From IMG/VR virus record IMGVR_UViG_3300043256_000158, positions 1 to 53,305 of that record: 53,305 nucleotides of DNA, one strand, 5' to 3'. The stretch is from a virus (taxonomy: Duplodnaviria > Caudoviricetes). Both the position numbers and the translations under genes were made by a program. This document shows positions 25,366 to 34,346 of the stretch, one piece after another. The notes under the pieces were generated by a model. The model searched no databases and had not been told where the DNA came from. It saw only the letters and a program-made list of their open reading frames with translations. Positions within the stretch are counted from its first letter, which is position 1; each line of letters begins with the position of its first letter.

Positions 25366-25871
25366 CACACGAGCCGAAATTACGTCAGCAACTCGCGCAT
25401 CATCAATACCTCCGCGAACAACTGGCTGTTCAGTTTCCCGACGCCGACGAAGAAACCCTGTGTGATACCCTGGAGGGCATGACGAATTTGACCGACATGC
25501 TGGCAGAGTTGATTCGCTCGTCGCTCGATGACCAGGCCATGGTGATGACACTCAAGCAACGCATGGCCGATATGGGCGAACGCCGTACACGCTTTGAAAC
25601 CCGGAGCCAGAAAAAGCGCGATCTGGCCTGCTCGGTTATGGAGCGCGCCGACATCCAGAAAATAGCCGAGGCCGACTTGACCGTGAGCCTGCGAGCCAGC
25701 CCGCCCGGTTTGATGGTAACGGACGAGAAGGCTATTCCGGCAGACTACTGGATAGCACAGGAACCGAAACTGGACCGTAGCGGACTTCGCAAAATGTTGC
25801 AGAACGGAACAGATGTCCCCGGCGTGACCCTTGGAAACACACCCCTGACCATAAGCGTCAGGACGAAATGA
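25362..25871 (+). CDS. Gp157-family protein
   Basis: DEETLCDTLEG, VTDEKAIPADYW, PKLDR, VPGVTL. Confidence 0.85.
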   Translation: MTHEPKLRQQLAHHQYLREQLAVQFPDADEETLCDTLEGMTNLTDMLAELIRSSLDDQAMVMTLKQRMADMGERRTRFETRSQKKRDLACSVMERADIQKIAEADLTVSLRASPPGLMVTDEKAIPADYWIAQEPKLDRSGLRKMLQNGTDVPGVTLGNTPLTISVRTK

Positions 25872-25878
25872 GGAGAAG

Positions 25879-26565
25879 ATGATGAGCCTTAATTTATCGA
25901 CTGGCGGAGAGTTCTCGCCCTTTCTCAAATACAACGCCAAGGCCGGTCGTTGGTTTGTCCGTGGCGATAATGGAACCGACGTTGAGATTTCCACCCCCCG
26001 GTTTGCCATTGATCTTGAGAACATCAGGACTGGGTGGATACTTTTCCCGCCGGCTTCACCCCCGTTATTCGTGTGGGACATAAACGGCACGAGAGCGCCG
26101 AAACCGGAAGGCGCTTACAAAGACGGCTTCAAGGTTTTTATCATGGGGACCGAAATCCAACCGGCGCTCGCGAATCAAAATCTTGGTGTCCGTGAATGGA
26201 CTTCCAATGCCTATGCGGCCAAGGCCGGTCTGATGACCCTCCATCAACAATATGAAGAGGGCAAGGGGCAGAATCCGAACAAGGTGCCTGTCGTCCGTTG
26301 CATCAATGTCAAGATCATCAAGGGCGATTACGGAGACAGCTTCGAGCCGGTCTTTACCATAGAAACCTGGGTTGAGCGGGGCCGAGTGCCACAGCTTACC
26401 GCAGCGGTAACCGCCGACTTACAACAGCCGGTACAGCCTGGCAACAACCAGCCTGCCGGTCCCGGTGAGAAAGCAGCGGCCGTGGCCGTAAGGGCCGAGG
26501 CGGGCATGACGCCACAGCCGATGGAAACTAGTGAAGATGATCTGAACGATCCAGTGCCCTTTTGA
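25879..26565 (+). CDS. Putative ssDNA-binding/annealing protein
   Basis: FLKYNAKAGRW start, acidic tail EDDLNDPVPF, follows Gp157. Confidence 0.6.
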   Translation: MMSLNLSTGGEFSPFLKYNAKAGRWFVRGDNGTDVEISTPRFAIDLENIRTGWILFPPASPPLFVWDINGTRAPKPEGAYKDGFKVFIMGTEIQPALANQNLGVREWTSNAYAAKAGLMTLHQQYEEGKGQNPNKVPVVRCINVKIIKGDYGDSFEPVFTIETWVERGRVPQLTAAVTADLQQPVQPGNNQPAGPGEKAAAVAVRAEAGMTPQPMETSEDDLNDPVPF

Positions 26566-26577
26566 GCTAGGTGGTGA

Positions 26578-26763
26578 GTGATGAAAAAAATTATTAATTG
26601 TGGCCCAGGTAAGGATGGGATCACGCCGTCATTGGCTTGTCGCTTTCCCCCCAACCAGAGAGAAGCAATCCAAATATATGCCGCCACGGTCGATATTAGT
26701 GAGGCTGAGGCTGTCCGTCAGCTTATACAGCTGGCATTGGATGAGTTACGTTCTGAGCCATGA
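26578..26763 (+). CDS. Ribbon-helix-helix DNA-binding protein
   Basis: LACRFP...AIQIYA...SEAEAVRQLIQLAL. Confidence 0.65.
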   Translation: MMKKIINCGPGKDGITPSLACRFPPNQREAIQIYAATVDISEAEAVRQLIQLALDELRSEP

Positions 26764-27251
26764 CCATCCCTTCTGTCCACTGTGAGGCCCGCCTGAAGGG
26801 CATTGCCAAGCGCCATGACAAAGGTGGCGACTGGGCACAGATCACGCTTCAGGTCCAGCCGGAGGACCTCCCAAACGAGCTTTGGCAGGCACCGTTAGGC
26901 ACGATCTTCATGGTGGCCTTCGCGCGCGTGGGCGACAACGGACGGCCTGTTGAGCAGGAGACCAAGAAAGCCACGCTAAAGCGCCCTGGCCAGCCATTTT
27001 CCAAAATGCCTCGGTCGCAACAGGCGGGCATTTTATGTAAGGATATTATTTTTCAGAAATGGGTCAGAAAAGAAGGTCAACCATTTAGATATTCCGAAAG
27101 TCCTGATGGCGCTCGCTCATTTGTGCTGAATGAATGCCATATCCGTTCCCGACGTGAACTCAACGCATCGGATAGTGCCGCAGAGAAATGGGACAACTTG
27201 GTAAGGCAGTTCATGAACGTAACGGGCCGGGCACCGGAGGCGAGAGGGTAA
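26760..27251 (+). CDS. Hypothetical phage protein
   Basis: QQAGILC...FQKW...CHIRSRREL. Confidence 0.7.
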   Translation: MTIPSVHCEARLKGIAKRHDKGGDWAQITLQVQPEDLPNELWQAPLGTIFMVAFARVGDNGRPVEQETKKATLKRPGQPFSKMPRSQQAGILCKDIIFQKWVRKEGQPFRYSESPDGARSFVLNECHIRSRRELNASDSAAEKWDNLVRQFMNVTGRAPEARG

Positions 27252-27253
27252 GC

Positions 27254-27619
27254 ATGAAGATAGGTGACAAACTCTGGTCGTTCGACGGCAACAGACGGCA
27301 CTATGCGGGCAAGGGTTTAAGCGCGCGCATCATCTATCGTGAGCACTTCTATCCTGTCGAGATCATTGGTGAGACGAGTCGTTCGTGGGTTATCGGGTGC
27401 GAGGGGTCAAAAAATGAAATTTTTAAGGTGCCAAAATCAGACCCGTCCCGCGAAAAACACGGGGAATTTTCTATGCGCCCCATGCTCTTTACAGAGCAAG
27501 CGGTTAACGACGAATGCTGGTGTCAAGAAAACCGGCACAAGATCGTTCGTAAGATTGAGCAAGAGAATGACACCACAATTCTCCGCCGTGTAGCTGAGAT
27601 AATTGGCTTTGAAGCATGA
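27254..27619 (+). CDS. Hypothetical phage protein
   Basis: KIGDKLW, IIGETSRSWV. Confidence 0.65.
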   Translation: MKIGDKLWSFDGNRRHYAGKGLSARIIYREHFYPVEIIGETSRSWVIGCEGSKNEIFKVPKSDPSREKHGEFSMRPMLFTEQAVNDECWCQENRHKIVRKIEQENDTTILRRVAEIIGFEA

Positions 27620-27900
27620 CCCTTCCGGCGACGGCGCTGCGGGCAGATACCATCCCAGGGTGTCTTGGGATGAAGCCCTATCGTGAAATGGGCTTGGCGC
27701 GGCGCCGTCACCCGAACGGTGCATGTCCGGGTCATGCCCGACTAGGGGAATGCGCCCCGACAGCGAGCCTATACGGCAGAGCTGATGACAGAGTAGGACG
27801 CACGAGCCGGTCTAATGACCTACTGTCACGTATCGAGCAGGGGTGGGAAGCCCCGCACAGAATCCCCGGTGCATCCGGGGGCGGGCCGCCGCGGCACAGC
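27620..27900 (+). ncRNA. Candidate structured RNA
   Basis: At least five strong stems including a three-way junction; overlapping ORF unconvincing; strand assumed. Confidence 0.4.
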
Positions 27901-27906
27901 GTTGGC

Positions 27907-27930
27907 GCATAAACGAGGGTATGAGCTATG
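27907..27930 (+). repeat. GCATAAACGAG-N4-6-TGAGCYATG gene-start motif (also 29393-29418, 29697-29720)
   Basis: Three copies, each ending in the ATG of a small gene. Confidence 0.75.
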
Positions 27931-28200
27931 GGTCAGGATCAAATAGACCACGATCAAATAGACCGGGATCAAGCGGAGCAACATGCAAGGCGCATCGCAG
28001 ACGCGGTGGCCATTAATCGAAATCTCGCACGGCTCCAAGCAGCCGAGCATATCGTTGCGGAGCAGGCAAAGGACGAGGCGCTGTGGTGCGTCTGCGACCG
28101 AATTTCGGAAGCGCACCTTCAACAAGAACTTCGGCGCTTGCATGAAGCAATTGAGGGCAAGACCGGCAATCAGTGTGCCCGCGAAGCCCTGGCGCAATAA
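27928..28200 (+). CDS. Hypothetical early protein
   Basis: QAKDEALW...EAHLQQELRRLH. Confidence 0.65.
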   Translation: MGQDQIDHDQIDRDQAEQHARRIADAVAINRNLARLQAAEHIVAEQAKDEALWCVCDRISEAHLQQELRRLHEAIEGKTGNQCAREALAQ

Positions 28201-28256
28201 CCAGCTTATGTGCGCCAAGCCCGGCCAGCAGCCCGCAGCTTTAGGAGAGTGAGAGG

Positions 28257-28439
28257 ATGGACAATTTGAAGCCCTGCCCTTTCTGTGGCGATGAGCCAAT
28301 TGCAGACATATGGCACGGGGGAGGCCCCGAGAAAACAATGGTTTCTTGCATATCAGATGCGTGTCATGTCGCGCCTTGCGTGACAGGAGAGACCTTATCC
28401 GAGGCCGTTGAGCGTTGGAACACGCGAGCAACCCCATGA
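28257..28439 (+). CDS. Lar-family restriction alleviation-like protein
   Basis: LKPCPFCG...C...C...AVERWNTR. Confidence 0.75.
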   Translation: MDNLKPCPFCGDEPIADIWHGGGPEKTMVSCISDACHVAPCVTGETLSEAVERWNTRATP

Positions 28440-28924
28440 CCCCCCCTCGCCAAGGCTCCGGTGGACAGGCCGCCCCCGACCCCGGCGCGATTGATTTGGA
28501 ACTGTACAGGCAACGGCTACGAGCGCGTTATCCTGACGAGGACAACCCTATCGAGGACAATGACGATGATGTTGGTGACCTCATCGCCGCCGTCGAGGCC
28601 CTGCGCGCCCAACTTGGCGAGCAGGATGGTCCTTGTTATTATTGCGGCCAACCAACGAATAGTTGGGCGGGAAATCCAAGCAAATGGCCACTAATGTTCT
28701 GCCATAAAGAAGAGCCAGGAGTTTCAAAACATCACCACGTTGGCTGCATGACGAAGAAGCTGGCTAGCGCCGAAGCCGCCGAGGCCAGGGTGGCGGAGAT
28801 GGAGGGGGCACTGGGAAGACTTTTGGAATTTGCGGATAGAACCGGCCAAGGTTGTGCAAAGCAAGTTGAAGACGCCCGCGCCACCCTGGCCTCACGCCCA
28901 CCCAGGAGGAGACTTAAGCAATGA
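28436..28924 (+). CDS. Hypothetical protein (Zn-finger + coiled coil)
   Basis: CYYCG...HHVGC. Confidence 0.6.
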   Translation: MTPPRQGSGGQAAPDPGAIDLELYRQRLRARYPDEDNPIEDNDDDVGDLIAAVEALRAQLGEQDGPCYYCGQPTNSWAGNPSKWPLMFCHKEEPGVSKHHHVGCMTKKLASAEAAEARVAEMEGALGRLLEFADRTGQGCAKQVEDARATLASRPPRRRLKQ

Positions 28925-29367
28925 GCAACTATCTTGAGCATTTGGATCGCGAATGGGCCGCCATGGGATGGCCTACGAGCGGCGACGATGACCCGCAAGT
29001 CTGGATATACAACCACCTCAAGAAGCTTCTTGAAGCCTTCGACGGTGAGGGACATTCGGGCACGAGCGCGCCCTACACGGTAAGCCTGTTCGAGAAGCTG
29101 GCGCTGTTCAAGCCCCTTGGCCCCCTGACTGGTGAGGATAACGAGTGGATGGAAGTCATCGGAGGCACATTTCAGAACCGCCGATGCTCCCACGTCTTCA
29201 AGGAGAATGGCGAAGCCTATGACATTGAGGGCAAGATGTTTGAGGAGCCTGACGGCTCGCGCTTCACCAGCCGGGATAGTCGCGTGCCGGTAATTTTCCC
29301 CTACACACCGACAACGGAAATCGTGAAAGTGGTCGCCCCCGCCCAGGAGGAGGCAGCCAAGCCGTGA
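28921..29367 (+). CDS. Phage hypothetical protein
   Basis: EGHSGTSA...PLTGEDNEW...QNRRCSHVF...FPYTP. Confidence 0.75.
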   Translation: MSNYLEHLDREWAAMGWPTSGDDDPQVWIYNHLKKLLEAFDGEGHSGTSAPYTVSLFEKLALFKPLGPLTGEDNEWMEVIGGTFQNRRCSHVFKENGEAYDIEGKMFEEPDGSRFTSRDSRVPVIFPYTPTTEIVKVVAPAQEEAAKP

Positions 29368-29415
29368 GCGCGCCGTGCCGCCCCAGAGGCGTGCATAAAC
29401 GAGCAGAGTTGAGCC

Positions 29416-29697
29416 ATGAAAGACCTTGTGCAGATTATCAAAGATAATCCGGGCTGTGTAGCAATCATCGATAACGACAGTTGGACGCTACATCGCAAAC
29501 ATCCATACGGGCCAGATTCACCTGACGAGGACACTGTGCCATACGAGGAAGTGGCAGCATGGCACGAAGCTAATCAGCTTGCGAGCGATGGTGAGATAGC
29601 CCCACTCGGGGAGGGCGACGGCTTGGGACCTTGCTACGGAGGCGACGTGCTTGAAGCGCTGGCCCAAATCGTCGGCATGACAGTGGAACCTGTGTAG
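29416..29697 (+). CDS. Acidic hypothetical protein
   Basis: Starts within repeated motif. Confidence 0.65.
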   Translation: MKDLVQIIKDNPGCVAIIDNDSWTLHRKHPYGPDSPDEDTVPYEEVAAWHEANQLASDGEIAPLGEGDGLGPCYGGDVLEALAQIVGMTVEPV

Positions 29698-29717
29698 CAT
29701 AAACGAGGGATTGAGCC

Positions 29718-30014
29718 ATGAGCCTTGAATGTAGCGAGTGCGAACGAGACCTGCGAGGCGGGCACGCCGAGGACTGCTCACACCATCCTAAAAAGGCGCC
29801 TATGACTGATCGGGAGCGTGAGAACTTTGATAACTCCTATAGCCGGATGTGGACAGAGATTTTCCGAGCGCGCGAGGCCAGAGACAAGGCGGTGAAGTTC
29901 GAGGACGCATCCCGCGATTTGATGATTGCCATACGGCACGATCTTGGGAACGACACTATGGTTTCGGCCCGGACACACGAAGCTCTAAAGCGCGCCGAAG
30001 CCGAGTCCGATTAG
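29718..30014 (+). CDS. Hypothetical protein
   Basis: CSECERDLRGGHAEDC; starts within repeated motif. Confidence 0.65.
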   Translation: MSLECSECERDLRGGHAEDCSHHPKKAPMTDRERENFDNSYSRMWTEIFRAREARDKAVKFEDASRDLMIAIRHDLGNDTMVSARTHEALKRAEAESD

Positions 30015-30043
30015 GAGCCCTACCGCCCCCGCGCCTCGGCTAT

Positions 30044-30754
30044 CTATGTGCGCCAAGCGCGGTCGCCGCCAAGACGCACGGCGCGTTCCAGCGCAGCCAC
30101 ATAACGGCTCACGCCATGGCGTGAGAGCGGGGTGGGTGGCCACCACTTTACAGGTTTGAGAAGAGTCGCCTTTACGGGGTGGACGAGGCTAAATGACAGC
30201 GGATGGCGCGGCGCCCAATCGCCCCTCATGACGAAGCGCTTGATCGGGCAGCCTATTGCATTCGCCGCCTCCCGGTTCACGGACTTGGGCGCGCCGAACG
30301 TCACCAGCCCAGCGAGTTTGTAGCCGCGTTCGGCCAAGACCCTGTCGCCATACCACCAACTTGCGAATTGGGTTACCACGGCACCGCCCAAGGAATGGCC
30401 GGTTACGAAGACCGGCAGATCGTCCGCCACGTCCTCGACGAGTTCCCGCGCGGAATGGCGCACCATGTTGAGATGGCGCTCGTACCCGGAATGGACCCGT
30501 CCCTTGCCCGCCCAACGGACCAGCGCGCCCACGTTTGAAAAGATATCCCGCACATGGAAATTCGTTGCCTCGGTCCCACGAAAAACCAGCCCGGCCCACT
30601 TCCTATTGGAAACCAACATCCCCTCGGTATCGTTGCGGTCGAATTTCGCTATCAACTGGAAGCCGGTGGCGCGGAGACGTGTCTCGATATCCGGCCAGGA
30701 CCCGTAGACGAGCTCCGAGAGCCGGGCCAGTTCGAGTGCGGGCGTCGGGGTCAT
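30044..30754 (-). CDS. Class 3 lipase (alpha/beta hydrolase) ending the lysis cassette
   Basis: VFRGTE, VHSGY, VTGHSLGGA, TFGAP. Confidence 0.9.
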   Translation of the reverse strand: MTPTPALELARLSELVYGSWPDIETRLRATGFQLIAKFDRNDTEGMLVSNRKWAGLVFRGTEATNFHVRDIFSNVGALVRWAGKGRVHSGYERHLNMVRHSARELVEDVADDLPVFVTGHSLGGAVVTQFASWWYGDRVLAERGYKLAGLVTFGAPKSVNREAANAIGCPIKRFVMRGDWAPRHPLSFSLVHPVKATLLKPVKWWPPTPLSRHGVSRYVAALERAVRLGGDRAWRT

Positions 30755-30942
30755 TGCCCCTCCAGGAACCGCTGGAGCCCCTGTAGGGTGATCGGGTCCT
30801 CCCCGTTGCCCCCACAGAGCAGATCGACGCCGCGCCTGTCAGTCGGGCTCTCCAGCCGATTGTAGGCCCCAACAGTCATCCCGCAGGCCGATTGGATCAG
30901 CACTTGGGCCGTGGTGTCGTTGGCGGCCTTGACCTTCTTTAT
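30751..30942 (-). pseudogene. 3' fragment of IS-disrupted lipoprotein
   Basis: IKKVKAANDTT...RFLEGQ joins in frame with 33218-33309 when IS and one TSD are removed. Confidence 0.8.
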
Positions 30943-31009
30943 GGCGTTATTATACTTGACGTACCCACTTCCGATCCCATATATAATGGGTACGCGAAAG
31001 GGGTTGGTC

Positions 31010-31303
31010 ATGCACTCAATGTTATTCATCGCCACTATTCCCGCCGAAAAGCACGACTGGGCCGAATTCTTAGAGCATGCAGACCGAGAGTTAGCCCAAG
31101 CCCAAAATATCGGGCGGCTTGCCGAAAATGTGTGGCTCTTGAACATGCGGAAATCTGTTGAGCCGTTTGGCCGACTTGTCTATTTGGCCGAACGCGCGGG
31201 AATTTCCTATGGTCTCTTGCCATTTGAACACGAGCCCGAATGGCTTCCGGCCGACTTCGATCCCAATACCATTCTGGCCCATAGGCGGGGCGATAGAGGT
31301 TAG
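31010..31303 (+). CDS. IS passenger hypothetical protein
   Basis: 97 aa upstream of transposase inside TIRs. Confidence 0.6.
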   Translation: MHSMLFIATIPAEKHDWAEFLEHADRELAQAQNIGRLAENVWLLNMRKSVEPFGRLVYLAERAGISYGLLPFEHEPEWLPADFDPNTILAHRRGDRG

Positions 31304-31305
31304 TC

Positions 31306-32247
31306 ATGTCCATACTTTCATCAGTCCATTTCCATAACGAAGGAGCGGCCTACGAGTTTGTCGAGGCCCGCGTTTGGCCCAACGGGCGTGTATGCCCTCA
31401 CTGCGGCGTTGTTGACGAAAGCGGCAAGCTCAAGGGCAAGAGCACCCGCATAGGCACCTACAAGTGCTACGCCTGCCGGAAGCCATTTACCGTCAAGGTC
31501 GGGACCATCTTCGAGGCGAGCCACGTCAAGCTGCATATCTGGCTTCAGGCGATGTTTCTTCTTTGCTCCAGCAAGAAGGGCATCAGCTCGAACCAATTGC
31601 ACCGGACCTTGGGCGTTACTCTCAAGACCGCTTGGTTCATGGGTCATCGCATCAGAGAAGCAATGCGTGATGGTGATCTCTCGCCGTTTGGCAGTGACGG
31701 CGGCGCTGTCGAGGTCGATGAGACCTTCATCGGCCATGACAAAACCATCAAGCCAAAGGGCCAGAAGAAAGGCCGGGGCTACCACCACAAGCACAAGGTT
31801 CTGTCGTTGGTCGAGCGCGGGGGCAAGGTTCGCAGCATGGTTATCAATGATCTCAAAGCTGATACCGTCGCGCCCCTGGTTCGCGAGAATATGTCTCACG
31901 AGGCGCGCCTGATGACCGACGAAGCCCCTTACTACACCAAGGTCGGGCGCGAATTCGCGGGGCATGGCGTTGTTCACCATGCCCGTGGTGAGTATGGACG
32001 CGGCCCAATCCACACCAACACCATCGAAGGCTATTTCAGCATCTTCAAGCGTGGCATGAAGGGCATCTATCAGCATTGCAGCAAGGATCATCTGCACCGA
32101 TATCTTGCAGAGTATGATTTCAGGTATAGCAACCGCTCGGCCCTTGGCGTCGAGGATGAAGATCGCACTGAGCGCGCCCTTCGTGGTATCGTGGGCCGGC
32201 GCCTGACCTATCGAACGACTAACCGGCAAGTAAGCCAGCATGGCTAA
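31306..32247 (+). CDS. IS1595-family DDE transposase
   Basis: CPHCG/CYAC Zn ribbon, VEVDETFIG, LMTDE, HTNTIEGYFS, YLAEYDFRY. Confidence 0.95.
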   Translation: MSILSSVHFHNEGAAYEFVEARVWPNGRVCPHCGVVDESGKLKGKSTRIGTYKCYACRKPFTVKVGTIFEASHVKLHIWLQAMFLLCSSKKGISSNQLHRTLGVTLKTAWFMGHRIREAMRDGDLSPFGSDGGAVEVDETFIGHDKTIKPKGQKKGRGYHHKHKVLSLVERGGKVRSMVINDLKADTVAPLVRENMSHEARLMTDEAPYYTKVGREFAGHGVVHHARGEYGRGPIHTNTIEGYFSIFKRGMKGIYQHCSKDHLHRYLAEYDFRYSNRSALGVEDEDRTERALRGIVGRRLTYRTTNRQVSQHG

Positions 32248-32446
32248 ACCGAAACGCAAACCAGACGACAAAACGCAGTCCGAACGCTTCAAGGAAAAAG
32301 CCCGCGAGATCGAAGCGGACGAAACCGGCGAAGTGTTTGAGGAAGCGTTCAAGAAGATTGTTCCGTCAAAACTTCCGGCTTCGGCAAAATCACCATCATC
32401 GGTTCCAAAGCCTCATAAAAAGGACCGATGCGCGGATCGTTCATAA
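32240..32446 (+). CDS. Small IS-associated protein
   Basis: QSERFKEKAREIEADE, coupled to transposase. Confidence 0.65.
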   Translation: MAKPKRKPDDKTQSERFKEKAREIEADETGEVFEEAFKKIVPSKLPASAKSPSSVPKPHKKDRCADRS

Positions 32447-33110
32447 GTTTCTTCTTGATGATGAATGTGCATACGTCTGCGATTTGCAGCGCCTTTGACT
32501 CTGGCTTCCCCGCGAAGTGGACACCTTCACGTATCCGTTCGAATGGAAAGTAAGTCAGCAATGGTGCGGTTTCCCTGACCCATTTCGGATCACGATAAAG
32601 TTGGTGAGCCTTTCTGGTTAGCGCGCGGATAGCGTCGTTGTCCTCACCAATCAAAAGCGTGATTTCATTACTCGCTGCTTTGCGCATAAACTCTTCTATC
32701 GACTCGCAAAACCGCGCGTAGGTATCTGAATAAAGCTGTAATTCGATTTGTCTCGCAGTGAACTTTCCCGGGTCAAAGAAACGCCAAGCATGTTTCCGAT
32801 CTTGATACCCGAACGGTACGGGTATTCCGAATTTTTCGGGGATAGCGGCTAAATCAGCGAGGATTTCAAGTCTCTTTTCTAGCGACCATTTATCGCGCTT
32901 GAAATATCGTCCGCCGCTCCATAATTCCATTGCGTGAAAGATAAAGTCGTCCCAATCCCCTTTCGGGATATGTTTTTGAACGAGTGCGTCGATATACTCC
33001 TCAACGGGAATCAACTGCTCGTCGGCATGAACGATAACACCACCAATCACAATGAACGGCTCTTGCTGGGCGTTAAACAATCCAGCATCGTCAAAATAGG
33101 TAAGGCGCAT
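32349..33110 (-). CDS. DUF3800-like protein (IS passenger)
   Basis: YFDDAG...FIVIGG, FHA, SKALQIAD pattern; AT-richer. Confidence 0.75.
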   Translation of the reverse strand: MRLTYFDDAGLFNAQQEPFIVIGGVIVHADEQLIPVEEYIDALVQKHIPKGDWDDFIFHAMELWSGGRYFKRDKWSLEKRLEILADLAAIPEKFGIPVPFGYQDRKHAWRFFDPGKFTARQIELQLYSDTYARFCESIEEFMRKAASNEITLLIGEDNDAIRALTRKAHQLYRDPKWVRETAPLLTYFPFERIREGVHFAGKPESKALQIADVCTFIIKKKLMNDPRIGPFYEALEPMMVILPKPEVLTEQSS

Positions 33111-33217
33111 CAACCGTTGTCCTCTTAAGGGCACGCCCGCGATGCTTTTTACATTCCGACTTGCGGGGGGCTTCATCTTACACCCCCGTCCCTGGGTACG
33201 GGAAGTATAATATCGCC

Positions 33218-33309
33218 TTCTTTATGCCCAGGTCGATCACGGCGGCCTGTTGGACGGTACAGGCCCCGAGCAGCAGAAACAGGAGGACGCCGGGGAAAAA
33301 GTTGAGCAT
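33218..33309 (-). pseudogene. 5' fragment of IS-disrupted lipoprotein
   Basis: GAAGGAG SD, MLNFFPGVLLFLLLGA-C lipobox. Confidence 0.8.
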
Positions 33310-33338
33310 ATCGTTCTCCTTCGTGTTAGGATCCGGGT

Positions 33339-33478
33339 GCTGCGGCGGCGTGGAAAGCAGACACGCGTGGCCTGAAGTTGGGACTATTCGAGATGGGATT
33401 GCCGCCCACAGGGTTGCCAGTGGTGGAAACCGAGAGGCCACAGCCCAACGAAGCCGGAGTAGCGCCCGGCCCGCAGCA
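33339..33478 (+). ncRNA. tRNA-like structured RNA, copy B
   Basis: Same scaffold as 8701-8849; extended -10 TGtTAGGAT at the same distance upstream. Confidence 0.75.
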
Positions 33479-33515
33479 CGCCAGGATATGACCCGGATAC
33501 CCCTAGTGGTCGCAA

Positions 33516-33625
33516 TGCCGGGTATGGCCGTGGGAGTCGTGACGCGAAAGACCCGCCAAGGGCTGCGGTGACAGCACAAAGGTCAAGAGACAGTTGCAAA
33601 TGTCGCAGCCGGTGGGATCCCGGCA
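33516..33625. ncRNA. Second candidate structured RNA in same cassette
   Basis: Closing stem TGCCGGG/CCCGGCA, internal GGCTGCG/CGCAGCC. Confidence 0.4.
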
Positions 33626-33633
33626 GTTCTCCT

Positions 33634-34038
33634 TCACTCGTAAGTCCAAAGCCGCCTCCGCAAATCGTCGAGATGCAAATAGCGCCCCCTATAAGGGCCG
33701 TGTTGTAATGGGCCGAACCCCAGCATGTCTGCGGCCAAAGCTGCGCTTATCAGTGTCACAACCGCCGGGCTGGCGACCTTGATGTCCGCCGCGCGGCCTG
33801 TCGTGTGAGGGCCACTGCTCCCGGTCTTTTTCTTGCTCACCAGCACGTTGTATTCCGGGCAGCGATACCCCGAATTCACCACCATGGGCCGCCCGAACAG
33901 GTTCCTTGTCCGCTGTAGCTTGTCCATAAATTGCGGGTCCATCTTGGCAAGCCCGCCGCAGGAGCACAGGCCCTTGGCAAAACCCTTGCAGGCGAATTCT
34001 CGCTCGGAGAAGTTGGCATAGTCGGACCAGTCGATCAT
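33634..34038 (-). CDS. Peptidase M15A-type endolysin
   Basis: NFSEREFAC, NSGYRCPEYN, HTTGRAAD, LHLD. Confidence 0.88.
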   Translation of the reverse strand: MIDWSDYANFSEREFACKGFAKGLCSCGGLAKMDPQFMDKLQRTRNLFGRPMVVNSGYRCPEYNVLVSKKKTGSSGPHTTGRAADIKVASPAVVTLISAALAADMLGFGPLQHGPYRGRYLHLDDLRRRLWTYE

Positions 34039-34346
34039 TTCCGCCGCGCCTTTTCCGCCAACAGTTCGTCGATCTTTTGCTGCACCTCCAAAAGCTGCTT
34101 TTCCCAAGCCGCTTGGCTTACCCTGTCCCCAGCGTTCTTCGTTTGCTCGACCAGGAACTTCAGCTTGATGAATTCCGTCCTCCAGCGATCAAGGGTGTTC
34201 TCGGCAGCCATTGCGAAAGTGTGCCGGGGCGCCCACGGCACATAGTCTTTAAGCACGGCCACCGCACCCCCGAAGGCGACAATTGTCGTGGCCATCAAGG
34301 CGATACGCAGCCAGCCGTTGCGTTTAGAACGTGTTTTCTCAGCCAT
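34035..34346 (-). CDS. Holin-like membrane protein
   Basis: Single N-terminal TM, coupled to endolysin. Confidence 0.5.
   Translation of the reverse strand: MAEKTRSKRNGWLRIALMATTIVAFGGAVAVLKDYVPWAPRHTFAMAAENTLDRWRTEFIKLKFLVEQTKNAGDRVSQAAWEKQLLEVQQKIDELLAEKARRK

Larger units (their letters stand above)
30943..33217 (+). mobile_element. IS1595-family transporter IS (2,275 bp) with passenger genes
   Basis: 25-bp TIRs GGCGTTATTATACTTGACGTACCCA / GGCGATATTATACTTCCCGTACCCA (3 mismatches); 8-bp TSD TTCTTTAT at 30935-30942 and 33218-33225. Confidence 0.93.

Noticed and set aside
27782-27788. Hammerhead ribozyme core CTGATGA
   Set aside because: No correctly placed GAAA and stems after the core
27907-29720. 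CRISPR array or integron attC array
   Set aside because: Spacing is irregular and gene-sized; no RYYYAAC...GTTRRRY hairpins, cas genes or integrase
33367-33451. HDV-like/theta ribozyme in the pseudoknot
   Set aside because: Only 2 nt between P1 3' and P2 3', leaving no room for P1.1, P4 or the catalytic C
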